Shown: positions 51,962 through 62,303 of the stretch, piece by piece
How positions within the stretch are numbered: the first letter of the stretch is position 1
Layout: each line of letters opens with the position of its first letter
Assembly (NCBI GenBank): GCA_965222225.1
Contig: CBDCTK010000002.1
Span: 2,624,001 to 2,688,000 of the forward strand
Reading direction: 5' to 3'
DNA length: 64,000 bases
From: Candidatus Poribacteria bacterium
GTDB taxonomy: Bacteria > Poribacteria > WGA-4E > JAJDTR01
The notes under the pieces: generated by a model
The model's database searches: none
What the model was told of the DNA's origin: nothing
What the model saw: the letters and a program-made list of their open reading frames with translations, nothing else
Made by a program: the position numbers and the translations under genes

Positions 51962-52231
51962 TTAACTTACCCCCATCCTCTAGGTAGAAAATAACGAGAT
52001 TAAAGTAATGAAAACTGACTAAACCTGGTCAAATTTAAACGCCTAACGTTATGGGGAATACACCTGGTATAGTGTATGGTAGTCGATCGATTGATGAAAC
52101 CGCTCTTGGTTATAAAAGTTGAAATAATCTCTCAATCGACAATGAGCCGTGTTCATTGAGTCATAGTCGTTGAGGTAAACCTCCTGATACTTGACACTGC
52201 GCCAAAGTCGCTCAATGAAGATGTTGTCAAA
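51962..52231 (-). pseudogene. IS3-family transposase C-terminal remnant and probable right end
   Basis: Minus strand 52231-52049 reads FDNIFIERLWRSVKYQEVYLNDY...YFNFYNQERFHQSIDYHT. Confidence 0.8.
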
Positions 52232-52292
52232 ATAGCTGGGCTCTACTCATTCCCAAAATTTATATTGAATTCTGAGTCGGGGACGGAGAAAT

Positions 52293-53671
52293 ATGTCTAC
52301 CATACAAGGGATGTTAAGTGGCAAACAATTACAAACTCTTATTGAGGGAGAAGAGATTGATACTATCCTGGTCGTTTTTCCTGATATGTATGGACGGTTT
52401 ATGGGAAAACGATTTGACGCTGAGTTCTTTCTAAAAGATACGCTCCGACAAGGAGCTCATGCCTGTGATTATCTCCTGACTGTGGATATGGAAATGGAAC
52501 CTGTCTCTGGCTATCAATTTGCCAACTGGGAGTCCGGTTATGGAGATTTTCATCTTGTCCCTGATTTATCAACTCTTCGTCTTGCCAGCTGGTTAGAAAA
52601 AACCGCTATGGTGATTTGTGATGTTGTCACAGACCCGGAACACAAGCCTGTACCACAAGCACCTCGTTCCATCCTCAATCAACAGATAGAGAAAGCAGCT
52701 GCAATGGGGTTTTCTGCAATGGCAGGTTCAGAACTGGAATACTATCTCTTTCAAAATTCTTATCAACAAGCAGCAGAACAAAACTATCATGGGTTAACAT
52801 TAGCCGGCTGGTACATTGAAGATTACCATATGCTGCAAGGGGCACGGGAAGATTCATTCAATGGCGCGGCTCGTCGTCATCTCAAAAAATCGGGAGTTCC
52901 AGTAGAAAATTCAAAAGGAGAATGGGGTAAGGGCCAGCATGAGCTAAATATTCAGTATGCAGCTGTACTGAGCATGGCTGACCGGCATTCTATTTATAAA
53001 CAATGCTTAAAATAAATCGCAGATCAACAAGGTATTAGTGTCACTTTTATGGCCAAATATGCCTCCGATCAAGCGGGTTCCAGCTGCCACGTTCATTTAA
53101 GTCTGTGGAATAATGACCAGAATGCTTTCCTGGCAATCAAAAATTGGGAAAAATTGAGTGCTCAAATACCTTTCGCTGGTTTCTCGGAGGATGGATGGCT
53201 CATGTATCGGAAGTCATGTTATTTTATGCCCCCAACATCAACTCTTATAAACGTTATCAATCTGGGTCATAGGCTCCCACAAAAATTGCCTGGAGTTATG
53301 ACAATCGCACTGCTGGTTTCCGCGTAGTCGGCAAAGGGAATAGCCTCCGCATCGAATGCAGAATTCCGGGAGCGGATTGTAATCCGTACCTGACCTACGC
53401 TGCAGCCTTGGCTTCCGGGCTGGATGGCATCAAAAATAAAATAGAACCTCCTCCTATTTTCGAAGGCGATGTTTACAGTGCGGAAACCTTGCCTTCCGTG
53501 CCCTTAACCCTCGGAGATGCGATCTCTGTTTTTAAGTCCAGCCAATTTTCAAAAGATACTTTTGGTGAAGAGGTAGTTACACACTATACCCATTTCTTTG
53601 AAACCGAGCTCGAAGCCTATCAAAGTGCGGTCACTGACTGGGATCGTCAACGTTACTTTGAGCGAATCTGA
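52293..53671 (+). pseudogene. Glutamine synthetase-like gamma-glutamyl ligase (GlnA4/PuuA-like), disrupted
   Basis: GSELEYY, GEWGKGQHE, TFMAK, GSSCHVHLSL, DNRTAGFR, RIECRIPGAD. TAA at 53013-53015, frameshift at ~53130, TAG at 53270-53272. Confidence 0.9.
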
Positions 53672-53678
53672 GGACTTT

Positions 53679-54385
53679 ATGGCTTTACCCATCATTGGTA
53701 TCACCACCTACGGCCGGAATGAAGACAACCATTTTACTTTACCGGCGGAATATATCGAAGCCATTCGAAATGCGGGTGGACTTCCATGGCCTATCATGCA
53801 TGGGGAACCTCATTTGCGAGAAATATTGGAACACGTTGATGGTTTAATATTGGCTGGGGGAGGCGATCTCAACCCCCTTCTTTATGGAGGCGATGATCAT
53901 GAAACCATTTACATGCTGGATGATGAACGAGATCAAACAGAAATCGATCTAGCCAATCAGGCAATAGATTCGGGTATTCCTACTTTAGGTATTTGTCGTG
54001 GTACTCAAATCCTTAATGTCGCTAGAGGAGGTTCTTGTATGAAAATTTGCCTGATGTGGTTGGAGATAAAATCAGTCACCGTGTTCCTCCACGTGAACCC
54101 ACCCCTCATGCCATTTATGTTGCATCAGGTTCCAGATTAGCAAAAATACTTGAACAAACCCGTTTTTCTTCATCTTCCTGGCATCATCAGGCCCTCAAAA
54201 ATGTTGCAGACGAATTTAAAGTAGTTGCCAAAGCACCCGATGGAGTCATCGAAGCGATAGAAATGCCAGATCACCCCTGGCTCATTGCGGTGCAATGGCA
54301 TCCCGAGTTAACCGCTGCCGAAGACCCTATTCAACAACGTCTATTTGATAAACTGGTCGAAGCGGCCTCTCAAATTAACAAGTAA
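53679..54385 (+). pseudogene. Gamma-glutamyl-amide hydrolase (peptidase C26, PuuD-like), frameshifted
   Basis: DGLILAGGGD, LGICRGTQ, VQWHPE; frameshift at ~54035. Confidence 0.85.
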
Positions 54386-54398
54386 CCGAGAAAAGCCC

Positions 54399-55172
54399 AT
54401 GAGACTTCAAGAAAAAATAGCACTCATTACCGGGGCCTCCAGCGGCATCGGAAAAGAAACCGCTCTTTTATTTGCAAAAGAAGGTGCTCAGGTCGTCGCT
54501 GTTGATATTAATGACGAAGCAGGTAATCAACTAGTCGAGTTAATCCAGTCTCAGGGAGGAAAGGCAATATATGTGCATGCTGATATTTCCAAATCAGAAG
54601 ATTGTCGGCACATGATCCATATCGCTGAAAAAACCTACGGCCGCCTAGATATTCTATTCAACAACGCCGGTATTATGCACAGCGAAGATGACGATGCTGT
54701 TAATACTTCGGAAGAGGTATGGGAAGCCACCTTGTCTATCAATCTGAAAGGGGTATTTCTTGGTTGTAAATTCGGTATTCCTGCTTTGAGACGAGCGGGA
54801 GGCGGATCCATTATCAATACGGCTTCGTTTGTTGCACTATTGGGAGCAGCGACTCCACAAATCGCTTATACGGCTAGCAAAGGAGGGGTCCTTGCCCTGA
54901 CTCGTGAATTAGCCGTCGTTCACGCTCGAGAAAATATCCGAGTCAATGCCTTATGCCCCGGACCTTTGAAAACCGAATTGTTGATGAAGTTTTTAAATAC
55001 CGAGGAGAAAAAACAACGGCGCTTGGTTCATATTCCTACAGGTCGTTTCGGAGAAGCTTCGGAAATGGCAAAAGCGGCACTGTTTTTAGCTTCGGATGAC
55101 TCTTCTTATGTAACGGGAACGGAGTTTACCGTAGATGGAGGAATTACCGCCGCCTACGTAACTCCTGAGTAA
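54399..55172 (+). CDS. SDR family oxidoreductase
   Basis: TGASSGIG, NNAG, YTASK, RVNALCPG; intact. Confidence 0.92.
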   Translation: MRLQEKIALITGASSGIGKETALLFAKEGAQVVAVDINDEAGNQLVELIQSQGGKAIYVHADISKSEDCRHMIHIAEKTYGRLDILFNNAGIMHSEDDDAVNTSEEVWEATLSINLKGVFLGCKFGIPALRRAGGGSIINTASFVALLGAATPQIAYTASKGGVLALTRELAVVHARENIRVNALCPGPLKTELLMKFLNTEEKKQRRLVHIPTGRFGEASEMAKAALFLASDDSSYVTGTEFTVDGGITAAYVTPE

Positions 55173-55320
55173 AAGGCAGTAGTTCGCACTTAAGATTAAT
55201 GGTTCTTCCGAATCCTGCTGTAGGAGCGACCTCCCGGTCGCGATAATAAACACTAACGGAACAATGTTTTTAAAGGGAATTATATACGAAAGTAACATTT
55301 TTGCTTGACTTTCTAGAGAT

Positions 55321-55577
55321 TTGGGAATCAGGCAAAAATCGGCGTGGCATATGGCACACCGAATTAGAAAGGCGTGGGGGGAAATTGGCGAGCCGTTCTA
55401 CAACCAAGTTGAAGTTGATGAGACTTATGTTGGTGGTAAAGTGAGTAACAAGCACGTAAGCGAGAAACTACATGCTGGACGTGGTACAGTTGGAAAAACT
55501 GCGGTTAACAGATGATTGATGTCGTCAAGGAATGCGTTGGAAACAATTGAAATACTCGGATTTGATTTCAGACTAAA
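55321..55577 (+). pseudogene. Internally deleted IS1595 transposase remnant
   Basis: QKSAWHMAHRIR, VEVDETYVGGK, GRGTVGKTAV, then C-terminal 'GMRWKQLKYSDLI'. Confidence 0.85.
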
Positions 55578-56456
55578 CTGAAGGCATTTTAGTAGTGTTC
55601 TTCAATTACGTCAATAGAAATGGTGTACAAGATTTCTCCAGTATAAACGTCTATGATTTCCCACACTGACTGAGTATCCGAGAACTGTCTACGACGCAAT
55701 CTGGTCTTCATGATGATTTCCCTTATTGTTTACAGTGCAATTTGGTTTTATCGTGAAAATGCAAATGGTTGTATCAGCAACCATTTGCGACTTATTAGGG
55801 CGTTCCTCCAATAGGAACGCCCTAATATTTTGGCACAATTAGAACGAATGCGCCAGAAAAACTGCGGACTCTGAAAACACGTATTTTTACCTTGACAAAA
55901 ATTTGAAGTCGTAAGATTATTTAATCGTTTTCATCCAGTGTAATGAGTTTCAATCGCTAACCTCAATTTCTATAAGGAGTATTTACAATGACGTTCGGTG
56001 AGAAGTTGAAACATGCGGCGTTTGGTTGTCTTTGTACTTTAGCAGGCGTGTTATTTACTTCGTTTGTTTTGACACTATTTGCTGAATCTGGTGAGAACGT
56101 TAGTTATGACCACGTCATGTGTAAAAAGGTAACTATTCTTGGGGAAGATGATAACCCAATAGCAATACTAAGCGGAATGAGTGGGAGTGGAGAAATAGGT
56201 GGCGGGGATTATGGCACACTAATCTTGACAGATAAAAACAGGGACCGCACGTTTTTTCTCACTAATTATAGTTTACTATTTTCTACTAATGGACAAGAAG
56301 TCGTAGAATTAGGTGTTGATGGCGATAGTGGTAAGTTATTACTAAATAGCAGTAAAGATGATGGAACAACAATTATCGCTGACACAGAAGAAGGATTTGC
56401 AGTTGGTGTTTTTGGACCTAAGGGGGTTGGAAGCGCTGGTGGGGCCTCTTTAAGTA

Positions 56457-57500
56457 TAGGAGTTACGCAGTTGGCTGAAGCGTATAAAGAGGTTGTGCCA
56501 AATAAGCCCGTACCGCATCTCTGACAATAGAGAGTTTTGCATCAAACCAACTGATACCGGTATGATAGCAATAGTGCTCAATTCTCAGAAAGGCTCTCAG
56601 CGCTAAACCGATATGATTTCTTTGAGTGCGAGCAGAGCGCACTTGTGCGCGTTCAATGCCAACAAATTGCTTAATCCCGCGATGATATTCTTCTATTGTC
56701 CAAGACCATTCGGCATATTTGAGACGCGTCAATTCGTCCATCTGTAAATCATTCGTTGCCCAATATTCAATGTCACCTTCTGGAGTGTCAACCTTAAATA
56801 CTCGAATCAATCCATAGCCTTTGAGATGGACAATTGTACCTGTTGATTCACTCGGAAGCGTACTCACCGGACGGTTACCGGAATAATCTTTACTGACAAG
56901 TCGGTTGGCAGCTAGACGAGTAAGCCACTTCCAACCATGACCTCGCACCGCTTTTAGATTCTTTAGACTGGCATACCAACTATCAAAACACACACATTCA
57001 GGAGCAAAACCGCGTGTTTTCGCTTCTTCAAGCATGGCGCGGAAATGCTCATTCTTCGTCAAGCCGTCTTTGGCTTTATCATAGATTCGATAATCACACG
57101 GAATATGTCTATCGCCATCCGTCCAGAGCAAAGTGACCAAGTTAATCCCATTCACAACTCGGTGGTGTTTCCCTGACCAGTGTTTTGTCACGAGTTCAAT
57201 CTTTTGTGAATAAGGTTTATCCAGAGTCGAGTCATCTATAACTAAAATTCCGGATTCTAATTTCACCTGATTTCTCGATTCTTGCCGCAGTTTGCCAGTA
57301 TCGGGTTCCTCTCGATGCAAGAGCCGTGTTATCGAATCGTGAGCCGGAGGATTATCAGCTTGGGGTTGAACTTTTTCCGATTCAAGACAACTGTAACTTT
57401 TCTGAGCGGCTACCAAGAAATCAATATAGTCAGTGTCAGTATATTTAGGGGGATTCATACTCAAATTATAACCTATTTTCACTCAACTGCGTAACTCCTA
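56457..57500 (-). mobile_element. IS701-family insertion sequence
   Basis: Perfect 17-bp TIR TAGGAGTTACGCAGTTG; 5-bp TSD AAGTA at 56452-56456 and 57501-57505. Confidence 0.9.
56463..57458 (-). CDS. IS701-family DDE transposase
   Basis: LVIDDSTLDK, WSGKH, FDSWY, WTIEEYHRGIKQ; the stop codon lies inside the TIR. Confidence 0.9.
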   Translation of the reverse strand: MNPPKYTDTDYIDFLVAAQKSYSCLESEKVQPQADNPPAHDSITRLLHREEPDTGKLRQESRNQVKLESGILVIDDSTLDKPYSQKIELVTKHWSGKHHRVVNGINLVTLLWTDGDRHIPCDYRIYDKAKDGLTKNEHFRAMLEEAKTRGFAPECVCFDSWYASLKNLKAVRGHGWKWLTRLAANRLVSKDYSGNRPVSTLPSESTGTIVHLKGYGLIRVFKVDTPEGDIEYWATNDLQMDELTRLKYAEWSWTIEEYHRGIKQFVGIERAQVRSARTQRNHIGLALRAFLRIEHYCYHTGISWFDAKLSIVRDAVRAYLAQPLYTLQPTA

Positions 57501-57910
57501 AAGTATAAAAGATAATAAAGGTCAATTAATTCTTTTTGGGGAGAATTCAGAAATCCTTTTTAGCAGAGGGGAAATTACTTACGGAGAGTAATGTTTATGG
57601 GTTGGTTCTTTAGACAACCAACCCGACCCACACAGAAAAGATAGATAGCAAGGAAAAAGTTTCACAAGGATAAAGATCAGAAACTACGAAAAGGAAAAGC
57701 GGCGAAACAAAAAGCAGGTAGGGAGTCCATCGAAACGTCCTATTAAACAGATACAAGATACACCTGAAAACGTGGCAAAGTCACTGTTTGGAATCCGTCC
57801 AGATGGTAAGAAAGTTAAAAAAATTAGACCTTGATTTTGATGGCAAATGTTACTTTCGTATATAATTCCCTTTTTAAAGTATTATTGAACGAACTGACAT
57901 AGCCCCAGCG

Positions 57911-57959
57911 GGGATCAACTGAGATCAACCGAGTGAATAACGAACACGATAGAGATCCC
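57911..57959 (+). repeat. Dispersed intergenic repeat family (GATCAA..GAGTGAATAACGA..CGATAGAGATCCC)
   Basis: Related copies at ~30521, 37556(-), 43002, 44921(-), 47171, 59431 and 63361. Confidence 0.75.
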
Positions 57960-58046
57960 TTTCCAACCGTACCTACGAGCCTAGATACATACCGGTTCGG
58001 TTGAGAAACCGCACCTACCGCGGTGTATAAATTATTGTCGGTTTTA

Positions 58047-59318
58047 CTATAGTATCCGATCCAGATTCCCCATCACCTTCCGGAACGCTTCGACATACAT
58101 GCCCATCAGCTCCAGGTCGTTGGGAGGGTTCACGTCGAAAACGTAACAATGCGAGTCAATGAACTCTACAGCCCTTGGATAGTCATCTTGTCTATACTCG
58201 ACTTCGGAATTGTGGCATTTCCAAGGACATCCCTTGCCGTACCCTACCCCATTTTGGAATATCTCCTGCGCCGGGACAGGCAGACGCTGCCATAGCCCCA
58301 TCGACACACCTTCCGCTTTCATGGCTTCCTGCACCTTGTCACGCAGGGCTCTTGGCGGGATATTGAGGCCCAATTCCTCCGGCTTAAAGCCCACCACGTA
58401 GTTGTAATAAACCGGTTCACACTCGTCCGGGACAAAAGGAGTTTCGATACCCTTAATTTTGCTCAGATGCTCGGTAAGAAAGTTGCAGTTTCCGATGCGG
58501 AGGTTGTTGTTTTCATCCAGCCTGTTGAGCTGGCTTCTGATGAACGCCTGACTGAACATATCCCCTCGATACATCCAGCCCAGCCCATAGGCGTTGTATT
58601 CCTGCTCTTCTCGCTCTCTTCCGGGCACGACAATCTCCCCGAAATACTGCAATAACCCGGCTCTTTTGTGTGCGGCTTCGTCATTGGTCGTGAATATCCC
58701 GCCTTGGCAACCGCTGCTAAGGGTTTTTGACGCCTGAGTGCTATATCCCGCAGCGTCACCCATGGAACCGCACAAGCGGCCTTTGTACCTTGCTCCGTGC
58801 GCCTGAGCGACATCCTCTATCACTTTCAGGTTGTGCTTTTCGGCTATCTTTTGCACGGCGTCCATGTCTGCAGGCATGCCGTGAATATGCACGGGCATGA
58901 TGGCTTTCGTTCTTTCCGTTATTTTGGCTTCGATCAGAGTCGGATCTATGCAATACGTCTTCGGGTGAATATCCACGAAAACGGGTATGGCGTTATGGTG
59001 CAGCACCGCTGCCGCACTTGCCCAAAAAGTAAAAGCGGGAACAATCACCTCGTCGCCCGGCTCTATACCCACCGCTGCCACGCACATGTGCAGCGCGGCG
59101 GTACCGCTGTTTACGGGAATACAGTATTTCACACCCATGTATTCAGCCCACTCTTTTGTAAGACTTTCGGATTGGATCCGCTGCTGCTCGGTGATTCTGG
59201 CGGACTCGAATACGTCCATCACAGCCTGCTGGTCGGCTTCCGTGACATGGGGCCAGGATTGGACTAAACCTTCCGGTACCGTTCGTTTTCCACCGTGTAC
59301 GGCTAATTTTTCCGACAT
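58047..59318 (-). CDS. DegT/DnrJ/EryC1/StrS family aminotransferase
   Basis: NSGTAALH, GDEVIVP, PVHIHG, IEDVAQAHGA, STQASKTL (PLP Lys). Confidence 0.92.
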   Translation of the reverse strand: MSEKLAVHGGKRTVPEGLVQSWPHVTEADQQAVMDVFESARITEQQRIQSESLTKEWAEYMGVKYCIPVNSGTAALHMCVAAVGIEPGDEVIVPAFTFWASAAAVLHHNAIPVFVDIHPKTYCIDPTLIEAKITERTKAIMPVHIHGMPADMDAVQKIAEKHNLKVIEDVAQAHGARYKGRLCGSMGDAAGYSTQASKTLSSGCQGGIFTTNDEAAHKRAGLLQYFGEIVVPGREREEQEYNAYGLGWMYRGDMFSQAFIRSQLNRLDENNNLRIGNCNFLTEHLSKIKGIETPFVPDECEPVYYNYVVGFKPEELGLNIPPRALRDKVQEAMKAEGVSMGLWQRLPVPAQEIFQNGVGYGKGCPWKCHNSEVEYRQDDYPRAVEFIDSHCYVFDVNPPNDLELMGMYVEAFRKVMGNLDRIL

Positions 59319-59588
59319 TTGGAACTCTCCTCTGCTCTGTAATCAGGGCGTTTCTGTTCTGTTATGCTTAACCCGTTGGAGTGCCGGACGAAAGCCTACG
59401 GTTGGGCATACACCGGCATTCGTAGGGGTTGGGATCAACTGACTGGATAATGAGGGATCAAGTGAGTGGATAACGAACGCGATAGCAAATCCCGATAGAG
59501 CATCCTACTCCCTGTCCAGTTGCTTAATCTCGGTGCGATTATAGACGGCTTCACACAAATGCCAACAGAAACTGACTCCTATCCGCCA

Positions 59589-60464
59589 TTATTCTCGCCA
59601 TTCGAGGTTGATGCTGGTGTACCCATGGGTGTATCGCCGGAGGTGTGCCGGAAGGTCGGCCAGGAATTGCTTGCCGGCTTCCGGGATCTCCCACGGAACC
59701 TCAATGGTATGACGCCGATCGCGAAAACCTATGCCGCAAGACAAGCGAATCTCGTCGGTGCGGTTGGCGAAACACGCCGCGTGATAGGTGCGGTGTGCAA
59801 ATACAATCATGTCCCCCGGATTGGTGAAAAGCGGCACTGCCCCCGGGACATCAAAACCGTCATACGGTTTTTCTGCTTCGCCCGCCTTATAAAATGACCT
59901 CCTATCCACTGTCAGGTTGAAACCTTCTGGACCTTCCCAGTTCTCGACGTGAGAATCCTCAATGACGCACAGCCCACCGTGTTCCGGACGAGATCCCGTC
60001 AGGTAGAACCATTTGCCCGATGGCCAAAGCCCACGATTCAGTACGTCACCGGAGTTCTTCGGCGGCTCCGTCGAAAACCCGCACCAGTCGGTGTGCCAAG
60101 CACTCGGCGGATTGCCCGGCATCCGAATGATGGCGGCAGATCGATGAATTGTCAGCTGATCCGTACCAAGCAGATGCCGGTGGATTCGCATAAATGGTTC
60201 GTATTCCAAGAGTTGCCAAGCGTCCGGACCGGATTCAATCCAGGCGTGTCGAGTACGACTTTGCCCAGGCTTTAACTCCCTTTCCGAATCCGTCCCATCA
60301 AGAACGGCTTGTTTTAAGCTGTCAATCAGCGGATCCGGCAGGACATCTTTGATGATTGAAAAGCCGTGTGCGTCCAAACACTCGGACATGAGGTCTAATT
60401 GACCGACCTCGAACTCATACGTGTAACCCAGCTCAGGTTTCTGAATCTGTGAATAGTCTTCCAT
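59589..60464 (-). CDS. PhyH-family Fe(II)/2-oxoglutarate dioxygenase
   Basis: HGFSIIKDVL, WHTD (HxD), GGLCVIEDSH, PGDMIVF..RTYHA. Confidence 0.85.
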   Translation of the reverse strand: MEDYSQIQKPELGYTYEFEVGQLDLMSECLDAHGFSIIKDVLPDPLIDSLKQAVLDGTDSERELKPGQSRTRHAWIESGPDAWQLLEYEPFMRIHRHLLGTDQLTIHRSAAIIRMPGNPPSAWHTDWCGFSTEPPKNSGDVLNRGLWPSGKWFYLTGSRPEHGGLCVIEDSHVENWEGPEGFNLTVDRRSFYKAGEAEKPYDGFDVPGAVPLFTNPGDMIVFAHRTYHAACFANRTDEIRLSCGIGFRDRRHTIEVPWEIPEAGKQFLADLPAHLRRYTHGYTSINLEWRE

Positions 60465-60580
60465 GAAGATTATCCTTTCAGATATGCTTTGACGAGATGT
60501 TTTTGCCGGATTCGCTGTTCCACCGAGCGCTACGGCGACACCCTAGGCGCCCACAACCTGAATCGGAGCTTTGGTTCTTG

Positions 60581-61999
60581 TCAGCGCGTCTTCGGGTACG
60601 ACTCATTGACAAAGAGTTCATTAATGCTCGCAAGCGTCTCTTCCACGAGCATCTGGCCGCCTTCGGGGCCTACCCAGTTGGACTTGATTATCGCGCTGTA
60701 GTGGCCGCCTTCGAGAGCGCGCTGCGTCGGAAGGTAGCAACCGTTCCCCGACCCGTCTGCAAGCTGCACGAGGAAGGTTTGCAGCGCCTTGCTCCGGGCA
60801 CGAATGCGGGCGCCGTAATCCATGAAAAGCTCAAAGGGGTTGGTGGCGAAGACAGCATCCCCGAGTCGGATAATGTGGCACTCTGTAGGGTGCATCGGGT
60901 TCTCATCCTGATGCTCATAACGATCGATGAGGTCGCAGACGGGACCAAACGGCCAGATACGTTCAAATCCCCAAGGCTGCCGTTTCAGTTCCTCCTCACT
61001 CATTGAGGGGATCTGCTTCTCCATCTCATATTCCTCCGGCGTCACACGCAGCCGCGGCAGGTGCAGTGTTCGCACGACATGCCGAAACTCGACCTCCCGC
61101 TCGGGTCTCGAAGCCAAGGCTTGCGCCTCTTCTACGGCGGTCATGATGCGCCGTGCAATGATTCCCTTGTCATCGACGTGCGCGCGGTCGCGTAGGTCTT
61201 TCTCCTCCCGCCGGTCCAACATGAGATGAGGCGAAGCGTCGCCCGACGGAGCGCACTGGGGCAGAAGATGCACTGCCGGGCCGTAGCGGTCACGGAGACT
61301 GACTCTGACATCGTGCCAGAAGTCGGCAGAGATTTCCTTCTTTCCCTCGTCGCACTGCGAGGGGCAAGCCAAATTCACCAGCATACCGGTCAGTGCGCCG
61401 GAGGCGTCATGGGTGAAAAGCAGATTAACCGCATGGTCGTCACAGGCTTCAATGCCAAGGAAATCCTCCCGGTCGGCCGCTCCGTACATCCGCGCCGACC
61501 CATCGCGGTAGACGGCGCGGCGACAGTGCCCCACGACGGCGTAGGCAAAGCCTCTGCTGATTGCCCCCGGCTGCCTGCCTTCCCACGCCGATTCCACGAC
61601 ATCGGCAAGTCGATCTACGAGGAAGCCGCGACACTCATCCGGCGTCATGAAGTCCGGGTCATCCTCGGGCTCCTCGTACATCCCGGAGCGTAAGGGCGGC
61701 GCATTGTGCGTATGGGTTGCATTGATGGTGAGTTTATTGCTGTCGAACCCCCGGCAACGACCGGCAAGCTTCGCCCGCAAGTCAGCCTTGAAACTTTCCG
61801 CTGCCAAGTCGCAAGAAAGGAAGATCGCCTGCTCCAGACTGGCGTTCTGGGATTGGGTCTCGACGGCGAGTGCGGTTGCTGTCAATGGACTTATCGCGGT
61901 ATCGGCTAACCGCGCGTGGAATTGGCCCAGCAGCAACGTCTTCTTCGGTGGCGTGATATCAATCCGCGCCCAGCCGATATGTAGCTGTCCTCCGGGCAT
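60581..61999 (-). CDS. Neutral/alkaline ceramidase-like hydrolase
   Basis: GWARIDITP, ATHTHNAP, ISAD, PFELF, YLPT...GHYS. Confidence 0.7.
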   Translation of the reverse strand: MPGGQLHIGWARIDITPPKKTLLLGQFHARLADTAISPLTATALAVETQSQNASLEQAIFLSCDLAAESFKADLRAKLAGRCRGFDSNKLTINATHTHNAPPLRSGMYEEPEDDPDFMTPDECRGFLVDRLADVVESAWEGRQPGAISRGFAYAVVGHCRRAVYRDGSARMYGAADREDFLGIEACDDHAVNLLFTHDASGALTGMLVNLACPSQCDEGKKEISADFWHDVRVSLRDRYGPAVHLLPQCAPSGDASPHLMLDRREEKDLRDRAHVDDKGIIARRIMTAVEEAQALASRPEREVEFRHVVRTLHLPRLRVTPEEYEMEKQIPSMSEEELKRQPWGFERIWPFGPVCDLIDRYEHQDENPMHPTECHIIRLGDAVFATNPFELFMDYGARIRARSKALQTFLVQLADGSGNGCYLPTQRALEGGHYSAIIKSNWVGPEGGQMLVEETLASINELFVNESYPKTR

Positions 62000-62303
62000 C
62001 TGCTGCTCCTTTTGCCCCTCAGTTTTGGCAATAATTAGAATTCGGCAGCTTTCACTGCCCACATGGGAAATAGACGATAGCCATTTTACCCCATTTTCGC
62101 TTGGGGGGCAACAAACATCTCCTGTCCGTCTTACCCCCGTATTTCCTAAGGCATGTACTCATGGGCTCGGAGTAGGTACCTAGATGAGAAAGGCTGAGAG
62201 CTCGTTTGAATAGTAAGTGGCAAAGCAATTTTTGGTCACTTGAGGAGGGGCTATTCCATTTTTCGATGCTTGAGGCGGGAGGCATTGTTGCCCTACGGTT
62301 GCC

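Larger units (their letters stand above)
55988..57591 (+). pseudogene. Exported/membrane-anchored hypothetical passenger gene interrupted by IS701
   Basis: AAGGAG RBS. Removing the IS and one TSD copy restores a 184-aa frame (...GGASLSI|KDNKGQLILFGE...TYGE*). Confidence 0.8.
55275..57870 (+). mobile_element. Non-autonomous IS1595 derivative carrying a passenger gene, with nested IS701
   Basis: Perfect 26-bp TIR GGGAATTATATACGAAAGTAACATTT; 8-bp TSD TTTTTAAA at 55267-55274 and 57871-57878. Confidence 0.92.
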
